A stretch of 64,000 nt of DNA from contig CAPGBJ010000053.1 in the NCBI GenBank assembly GCA_948616425.1, positions 33 to 64,032 of the forward strand, given 5' to 3'. The position numbers were made by a program, and so were the translations under genes. Shown here piece by piece: positions 59,001-64,000 of the stretch. A model generated the notes under the pieces. The model was not told the DNA's origin, searched no databases, and was given only the letters and a program-made list of their open reading frames with translations. Positions within the stretch are counted from its first letter, which is position 1. Each line of letters begins with the position of its first letter. Source of the stretch: an uncultured Oscillospiraceae bacterium (GTDB taxonomy: Bacteria; Bacillota; Clostridia; Oscillospirales; Oscillospiraceae).

Positions 59001-59227
59001 TTGGCCATGACGATGGCCATCTCCACACGGGAGACGAGGCTGTCAGGGTTGAAGTTGCCGCTGTTGCTGCCGGACATGGCGCCCACAGCCTGCAGCACCT
59101 CAATGGCCTCGACGTTGTGGTCCTCTGTCACGTCGGGGTAGCTCGCGGCGCTGGTTCCGATCACCATCATGCCCAGAAGCATGACAGAGGCCAGAGTCAG
59201 GCTGAGAGCCCGCTTCAGGTTTCTCAT
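56036..59227 (-). CDS. S-layer protein B (SLH-domain cell-surface protein, 1063 aa)
   Basis: Same RBS and first 45 aa as S-layer A; SLH motifs; divergent Thr/Asn/Asp-rich body. Confidence 0.9.
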   Translation of the reverse strand: MRNLKRALSLTLASVMLLGMMVIGTSAASYPDVTEDHNVEAIEVLQAVGAMSGSNSGNFNPDSLVSRVEMAIVMANLLGLDVNYFSGQNHFTDVPSWAGNYVAACEASGIISGVGGNNFGTGDVTATQAALMMLKALGYFQYAEDFGNDWARATAQQAAQIRLFEGLDVANNTRLTRNQVAQLALNALQATMVDADDNTLHITTPDGTTAIGGKVNYVVRASTQTFANAISNAEANAGSVSGTSGWTIELGEQLYNGKLKKNSSIDDFGRPATTWKYLNDDIGTYADAATATFVGKVSRDGMYNTIGRTVLNGLDGTQTVNTTSGFAADNNSNTPKMIVYYDGVAQGAQDYDYYAKRNDNTASGMSGNGVVTEVYVDKHYNVIVSQYATYLMQATNDYSSSRETLSVTMLTRPAGAANVNVLDLKDFGGIADMQDDDYILYTYADGEVQSVSKANVVTGKVDSYSNKTGASFGSAGGWVRLDGQQYNYAKFAETDSTNGCEVTFGVDENAAIVLDAYDNILWVDDSSIASGNYLYIDGVAASSALSTTLLANAYFTDGTKSEITIEKVRDASRNDITKTVTTAASSKINTYDGWYSYSVSDDNKYTLTAASTNALVEYKTANTTAVKVVNSGKVSFLSTANANATDNTATAANSKAMVAAGSTGIRGNANTIFVVKNEDGDLKVYTGITSLPDITTSATNDDTLTVTYIKTGDNGSNTYASLVYIDAADASNIDDANNAYDVMYILDQDTRFTNKNDTIVRWNAVVNGEQTKVEAKAGELSEHTMYYKVKSDSNSYLTATNYPTIAAPDGAYKRGTLAGGVSADGYSLVIGSGEYIWNDDTQITLIVRAPEMQKDDTADTGYEVTEGISARSLDNILDDWTVSGSYYAVTTTSSGDTLKTLYVVVDSVDGGVPVTLPNIAGGSWIRDLQDGVYTPGSNLAADMKGDGDDNVMFKFTIQTTGKHYQLVIKGTGADATNTFYTSGNAANTPGWTDWSSASEGSAPYYYIYKWGVDASVGNGAPNGAWDSTNSALVAGTTYSYTIQQADNSSGTNATTILTGTFVA

Positions 59228-59555
59228 TGGGAAATTCCTCCTTTGATTGACTGGAAAAAGTGGAAAAGAGGCCGCGTCAGGTAGACCGGGGAGGTCACCT
59301 TTTTGCGGCGAATTTCTCCATTTTTCCCAAAATTTTTGAGGCAATTCGACATTTTTGCCCCGTTAAGGCGGTGTCACACTCCTTGCATGGGGTTAAAAAA
59401 TCAAGGAAACGGAGGAAACAAAAAGAAAATCGGCGCTTTCGATGTAAAAAAGTGTGATTGGTAGACATCTGGTAGACCGGCCCGAATTCCCGCGTCTCCA
59501 CACCCCTTGTCCCCCAAGGCTTTCACCCGCTTTTTTGGTAGACATTTGGTAGACA
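58562..59555. repeat. ~1-kb direct repeat, copy B
   Basis: Colinear with 37321-38314; homology ends right after the last GGTAGACA. Confidence 0.95.
59280..59555. promoter_or_regulatory. GGTAGAC repeat array B (putative recombinase arm-type sites)
   Basis: GGTAGAC at 59280, 59460, 59471, 59537, 59548; same spacing as array A. Confidence 0.6.
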
Positions 59556-59575
59556 GGCGGTAAAAAACAGATGTT

Positions 59576-59602
59576 AAAAGGCCGCCCCGGAGGGCGGCCT
59601 TT
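59576..59602 (-). terminator. Terminator of the UPF0210 gene, directly upstream of array B
   Basis: AAAGGCCGCCC-TCCG-GGGCGGCCTTTT on the minus strand. Confidence 0.8.
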
Positions 59603-59613
59603 CAAAAAGCGTT

Positions 59614-60972
59614 TTAGTTTTTTAAGCTCTGCATTGGTGCAGGGATTCGTCCACCGCGCGCTATGAACGCTCTGGAGGAGAAGGGGTGGACAGGCTGGAT
59701 AGGGGCGGAACCCAGCAGGCCGCCGAACTCCACGGTATCTCCCACCGTGCAGTTGGGAGCGGGGATGATGCGTACAGCAGTAGTCTTGGAGTTGACCATG
59801 CCGATGGCGGCCTCGTCGGCGATGATAGCAGAGATGGTCTCGGCGGGGGTGTCGCCTGGGACAGCGATCATATCCAGACCAACGGAACACACACAGGTCA
59901 TGGCCTCCAGCTTGTCCAAGGTGAGCGCCCCAGAGGCGGCGGCGGCAATCATACCCTCGTCTTCGCTCACCGGGATAAAGGCGCCGGACAGGCCGCCCAC
60001 ATGGGAGGAGGCCATAACGCCCCCTTTCTTCACCGCATCATTGAGCAGGGCCAGGGCGGCGGTGGTGCCATGGGTGCCGCAGACCTCTAAGCCCATCTCC
60101 TCCAAAATCCGGGCCACACTGTCCCCGATGGCAGGGGTGGGGGCCAGGGACAGGTCCACAATGCCAAAGGGGGTGTCCAGCCTCCGGCTGGCCTCCTGAG
60201 CCACTAACTGGCCCATACGGGTGATGCGGAAGGCGGTCTTCTTCACCGTCTCGGCCACCACATCAAAGGGTTTACCCTTGACTTCCTGGAGGGCGTGGTA
60301 CACCACGCCAGGGCCGGAGACTCCCACATTGATGACCTTTTCTGGTTCACCCACCCCATGGAAGGCGCCAGCCATAAAGGGGTTGTCCTCCACGGCGTTG
60401 CAGAACACCACCAGCTTGGCGCAGCCGAAGCCCCCTCGATCGGCAGTGCGTGATGCCAGGTCCTTGATGGTCCGTCCCATGAGGGCCACCGCGTCCATAT
60501 CAATACCTGCCTTAGTGGAACCTACATTGACACAGGCGCACACGATATCTGTGGTTGCCAAGGCCTCGGGGATGGAGCGGATGAGGATGCGGTCGGCATC
60601 GGTCATCCCCTTTTGGACCAGGGCGGAGAACCCGCCGATAAAATTGACGCCAGTGGTCCTGGCGGCCCGATCCATGGCCTGGGCGAATGGAACGTAGCTG
60701 TCCGTCTCCGCTGCGGCGGCCACCAGAGCGATGGGGGTGACCGAGATGCGTTTGTTGACGATGGGGATGCCGAATTCCTTCTCGATGGCCTCGCCGGTGG
60801 CGACCAAGTTTTCGGCATATTTTGTAATTTTATCGTACACCTTGTCACAGGAGGTTTTCACGTCGCTGTGGGCGCAGGACAGCAGGGAGATCCCCATTGT
60901 GATGGTGCGCACATCCAGATGCTGCTGGTCGATCATCTGGATGGTCTGCATGATTTCGTGTTGGTTGAGCAT
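59614..60972 (-). CDS. UPF0210/DUF711 (PFL-like fold) protein
   Basis: [47 protein letters not shown]. Confidence 0.93.
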   Translation of the reverse strand: MLNQHEIMQTIQMIDQQHLDVRTITMGISLLSCAHSDVKTSCDKVYDKITKYAENLVATGEAIEKEFGIPIVNKRISVTPIALVAAAAETDSYVPFAQAMDRAARTTGVNFIGGFSALVQKGMTDADRILIRSIPEALATTDIVCACVNVGSTKAGIDMDAVALMGRTIKDLASRTADRGGFGCAKLVVFCNAVEDNPFMAGAFHGVGEPEKVINVGVSGPGVVYHALQEVKGKPFDVVAETVKKTAFRITRMGQLVAQEASRRLDTPFGIVDLSLAPTPAIGDSVARILEEMGLEVCGTHGTTAALALLNDAVKKGGVMASSHVGGLSGAFIPVSEDEGMIAAAASGALTLDKLEAMTCVCSVGLDMIAVPGDTPAETISAIIADEAAIGMVNSKTTAVRIIPAPNCTVGDTVEFGGLLGSAPIQPVHPFSSRAFIARGGRIPAPMQSLKN

Positions 60973-61028
60973 GAAATGTACTCCTTTATTGTTCCGCCTC
61001 GGTCCCCTCGCGGCCGGGGATTCGGCGC

Positions 61029-61298
61029 TTAGATTCGGTGCATGGCGTTGAAGATGTCCTCCCGCTGAATGCGGATGGACAGCCCCTGCTCCTGACCGGC
61101 CTGGGCGAGAATGTCGGTCAAATCGCCAATGGATTTCTCACAGGCGGCGGTGTCCACCAGCATGACCATGGTGAAGAACTCCTGCAAAACGGTCTGGGTG
61201 ATATCCAGAATGTTAATGTTATGCTGGGCCAGCAGGGAGCACACGGCGGCGGTGATGCCCACCCGGTCCCTGCCGATGACGGTGACGATGGCTTTCAT
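61029..61298 (-). CDS. ACT-domain protein (UPF0237)
   Basis: [15 protein letters not shown]...[13 protein letters not shown]; the usual partner of UPF0210. Confidence 0.93.
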   Translation of the reverse strand: MKAIVTVIGRDRVGITAAVCSLLAQHNINILDITQTVLQEFFTMVMLVDTAACEKSIGDLTDILAQAGQEQGLSIRIQREDIFNAMHRI

Positions 61299-61364
61299 AA
61301 ATCTGTTCCTTTCTGTTGTCGAGCTGGTGTTGAGAAGTGTCATAATGGATTCCAAGATATACGG

Positions 61365-61940
61365 TCAATTCAATTCGTCCAATGTGAGTTCAAATCCGTC
61401 CAGGAAATGGTCCATAAAATATTTCAGAGTGGGGCTGGGGTTTTGGCACAGAGCGGCGTAGGTCTGCTCTTTGGCCTTTTTAAACTCGGTGTTGCCCGCC
61501 TTCAATTCCTCCACACACTTGAGATAGGCGGACAGTTTGTCCGCCGCCTTGACAATGGCGTGGATTTCCGGGTCCGGGATGGTGACCGCCTCCTCAAAAT
61601 CAGGGCGCAGGTCAGGGGGAAGCATGGACAGCAACTTGCGCTCGGCCACCGCCTCCACATCTTTGTAGGCGGTCTGGATGTCTGGGTTGTCGTATTTGAT
61701 GGGGGTGGGCATGTCGCCGGTGAGAATCTCGCTGGCGTCGTGGTACAGGGCGGCCACCGCCACCGCGCCTGGGTCGATCTGTCCGCCGAAGTACCGGTTT
61801 TCAATGACGGCCAGGGCGTGAGCCAGGACGGCCACCTGGTGGGAGTGCTCCTGAATGTTCTCCAGCCGGGTGTTACGCATCAGGCCCCACCGGTTGATGT
61901 ACCGCATCCGAGAGATCATGGGGAAAAAGTTGTAGGCCAC
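61365..61940 (-). CDS. yfbR: 5'-deoxynucleotidase (HD domain)
   Basis: RMRYINRWGLMRN, EHSHQV, YHDASEILTGDMPTPIKY, KAADKLSAYLKC; GTG start after AAGGAG. Confidence 0.9.
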   Translation of the reverse strand: MAYNFFPMISRMRYINRWGLMRNTRLENIQEHSHQVAVLAHALAVIENRYFGGQIDPGAVAVAALYHDASEILTGDMPTPIKYDNPDIQTAYKDVEAVAERKLLSMLPPDLRPDFEEAVTIPDPEIHAIVKAADKLSAYLKCVEELKAGNTEFKKAKEQTYAALCQNPSPTLKYFMDHFLDGFELTLDELN

Positions 61941-62025
61941 GGTTTCAAACGCTCCTTTGTTCAAGTTGTTCCATTTTAACACAGGATGGAGCGGTTGTAA
62001 ACCGGAAAAGTTGCAGAAGGGCACA

Positions 62026-62050
62026 AAAAAGGGCGGCCTTTCAGCCGTCC
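62026..62050 (-). terminator. Terminator overlapping the small ORF stop
   Basis: GGACGGC-TGAAAG-GCCGCCC-TTTTTT on the minus strand. Confidence 0.65.
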
Positions 62051-62133
62051 TTCTCCGGGAATCGTTTCTCCTTCCAGGCCCGGCCGGTAAAGACGACCAG
62101 GAGCAGGGACAATATTTTTTCTGCCAAAGTCAT
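62041..62133 (-). CDS. Small protein, 30 aa (MTLAEKILSLLLVVFTGRAWKEKRFPEKDG)
   Basis: AGGAGGT RBS, TATAAT at 62167-62162, downstream terminator; not in ORF track. Confidence 0.6.
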   Translation of the reverse strand: MTLAEKILSLLLVVFTGRAWKEKRFPEKDG

Positions 62134-62248
62134 AGCCTTGACCTCCTCTCAATTCTCCTCTATTATAGGGAACGAGGGGCAAAAAGCAATCAATTGCACT
62201 TGGAAATTTCCGCAACTGACAGTTGCGAAGAGGTCAGGAGGGGCCAAA

Positions 62249-62839
62249 ATGGCGAAAAAGAGCACCCGAAACACCCGGGGAAAGATCATCGACGCGGCCT
62301 GGAAGCTGTTCTACCGCCAGGGCTACGACGACACCACCGTAGAGGAGATCATCGAGGAGTCGGGCACCTCCCGGGGGTCCTTTTACCACTACTTCCAGGG
62401 CAAGGACGCCCTGCTGTCCACCCTGGCCGACGTCTTCGACCGGAAGTACGAGGCGCTGGCGGAGGACCTGGACCCGGAGCAGAACCGCTTTGAGCAGCTG
62501 ATGTACCTGAACCGGGAGCTGTTCGCCATGCTGGAGAACTCCGTCTCCCTGGACCTGGCCGCCCGGCTGTACTCCTCCCAGCTTATCACCCGGGGAGACA
62601 AGTCTCTGATGGACCGAAACCGCACCTACTACCGGCTGCTGCGGCAGATTGCCCTCCAGGGCCAGGAGCGGGGGGAGCTGCGGGGGGACGTCACCGCCAA
62701 CGAGATTGTCCGAGCCTATGCCCTGTGCGAGCGGGCCCTGATCTACGACTGGTGCCTTTCCGAGGGGGACTACTCCCTGTCCCAATACGCAGCGAACATG
62801 ATGCCCATGTTTTTGCAGGGATTCCGGGCAGTGACATAG
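62249..62839 (+). CDS. TetR/AcrR family transcriptional regulator
   Basis: TRGKIIDAAWKLFYRQGYDDTTVEEIIEESGTSRGSFYHYFQGKDALL; ATG after AGGAGG. Confidence 0.95.
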   Translation: MAKKSTRNTRGKIIDAAWKLFYRQGYDDTTVEEIIEESGTSRGSFYHYFQGKDALLSTLADVFDRKYEALAEDLDPEQNRFEQLMYLNRELFAMLENSVSLDLAARLYSSQLITRGDKSLMDRNRTYYRLLRQIALQGQERGELRGDVTANEIVRAYALCERALIYDWCLSEGDYSLSQYAANMMPMFLQGFRAVT

Positions 62840-62909
62840 GGGCGCATCGGGATGCACCCCTGCATTGTCAAAACTTTGTTAAAACGTACAAAATTTTATT
62901 TCAAAAAAT

Positions 62910-62953
62910 GTACAGCGTATTTTTATTGAAATTTCAATAAAAATACGCCGTAC
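62910..62953. promoter_or_regulatory. Long AT-rich palindrome upstream of putP (candidate operator)
   Basis: Perfect 34-bp palindrome GCGTATTTTTATTGAAA|TTTCAATAAAAATACGC (62915-62948). Confidence 0.6.
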
Positions 62954-63074
62954 TTTTCTATATAGTACGGAGTTTATTCTATGTTGCGTTCTCCCTTTGT
63001 TTCTGGTATGATACCAACAATCTGCTTTCCGGCGGCGGTTGTGTGTGCCCCGGAGAGACTTTGGGAGGAATGTT

Positions 63075-64000
63075 ATGACTACCGCGCAGGCTTGTATTAT
63101 GGGCACCATTATTGTATATCTCTGTCTCGTCATTTTCACCGGCGTGATGATCGGACGCCGGTCCAAAAAGAGCGCCGAGGGCTTCTACCTGGGCGGCCGG
63201 GGGATGGGCCCCCTGGTCACCGCCATGAGCGCCGAGGCCAGCGACATGAGCAGCTACCTGCTCATGGGCATCCCCGGTTTGGCCTATCTGTCCGGCCTGG
63301 CCGACGCCAGCTGGACCGCCATCGGCCTGGCCGTGGGCACCTATCTCAATTTCCTGTTGGTGGCCCGGCGGCTGCGCCGCTACAGCGTGAAGCTGGACGC
63401 CATCACCATCCCCAGCTTCATTTCCAAGCGGTACGGCGAAAAAAAGCCGGTGATTATGTGCATCTCCGCCCTGATCATCCTCATCTTTTTCGTCCCCTAC
63501 GTGGCCTCCGGTCTGGCCGCCATCGGAAAGCTGTTCAACAGCCTCTTTGGCTGGGACTACATGATGGCCGTTGTCATCGGCGCCATTGTGATTATCAGCT
63601 ACACCTCGGTGGGCGGCTTCTCCGCTGTGGCCACCATGGACCTGATTCAGTCCATCATCATGACCGTCGCCCTGGCCATTATCGTGGTCTTCGGCATTAT
63701 CCAGGCCGGGGGATTGGACGCCGTGCTGGGCTACGCCCGTATCCTGCCCGGCTTCCTCAGCTTCAGCGAGACGCTCGACGCGGCCACCAAATCTGCCAAA
63801 CCCTACGGTTTCATCCGCATCATCTCCATGATGGCCTGGGGCCTGGGCTACTTCGGAATGCCCCACATTCTGGTGCGGTTTATGGCCATCCGGGATGAGA
63901 ACGAGCTGAAGCTGTCCCGGCGCATCGCCTCGGTGTGGGTGGTCATCTCCATGGGGGTGGCGGTGTTTATCGGCATCGTGGGCCGCGCCGTCTCCACCGT
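63075..64000 (+). CDS. putP: Sodium/proline symporter (SSS family), truncated by the window end
   Basis: GGAGG RBS; FYLGGRGMGPLVTAMSAEASDMSSYLLMGIPG, WGLGYFGMPHILVRFMAI. Confidence 0.92.
   Translation, partial: MTTAQACIMGTIIVYLCLVIFTGVMIGRRSKKSAEGFYLGGRGMGPLVTAMSAEASDMSSYLLMGIPGLAYLSGLADASWTAIGLAVGTYLNFLLVARRLRRYSVKLDAITIPSFISKRYGEKKPVIMCISALIILIFFVPYVASGLAAIGKLFNSLFGWDYMMAVVIGAIVIISYTSVGGFSAVATMDLIQSIIMTVALAIIVVFGIIQAGGLDAVLGYARILPGFLSFSETLDAATKSAKPYGFIRIISMMAWGLGYFGMPHILVRFMAIRDENELKLSRRIASVWVVISMGVAVFIGIVGRAVST

Noticed and set aside
56099..59284. 1061-aa plus-strand ORF antisense to S-layer B
   Set aside because: Same codon-bias shadow effect

Overview
Chromosomal window from a spore-forming Clostridia bacterium; the 16S sequence and gene style suggest Oscillospiraceae (Lawsonibacter/Flavonifractor-like, inferred). 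It opens with the 5' half of a minus-strand 16S rRNA gene driven by three tandem sigma-A promoters. It continues with a gerKA-KC-KB operon, prfB (no programmed frameshift), a DAACS transporter-pheA-tyrA operon, pgm, a hybrid kinase/HD-GYP/Hpt phosphorelay, asnS, recG, mutY, rlmH, murA, hemW, CIRCE-controlled htpG, a MerR/membrane-protein cluster, a peptide-type ABC + DUF917 + M20 + M29 catabolic operon, and a partial putP. The most striking feature is a pair of paralogous SLH-type S-layer genes (34564-37986 and 56036-59227, both minus strand, 21,241 bp apart). They share a colinear ~1 kb 5' block, diverge downstream, and have no evident promoter. Each carries an identical array of five GGTAGAC repeats (1+2+2, 11-bp period) resembling tyrosine-recombinase arm sites, and homology ends exactly at the last repeat. 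I interpret this as a candidate recombination-driven S-layer switching (antigenic variation) system; no recombinase is encoded in the window.
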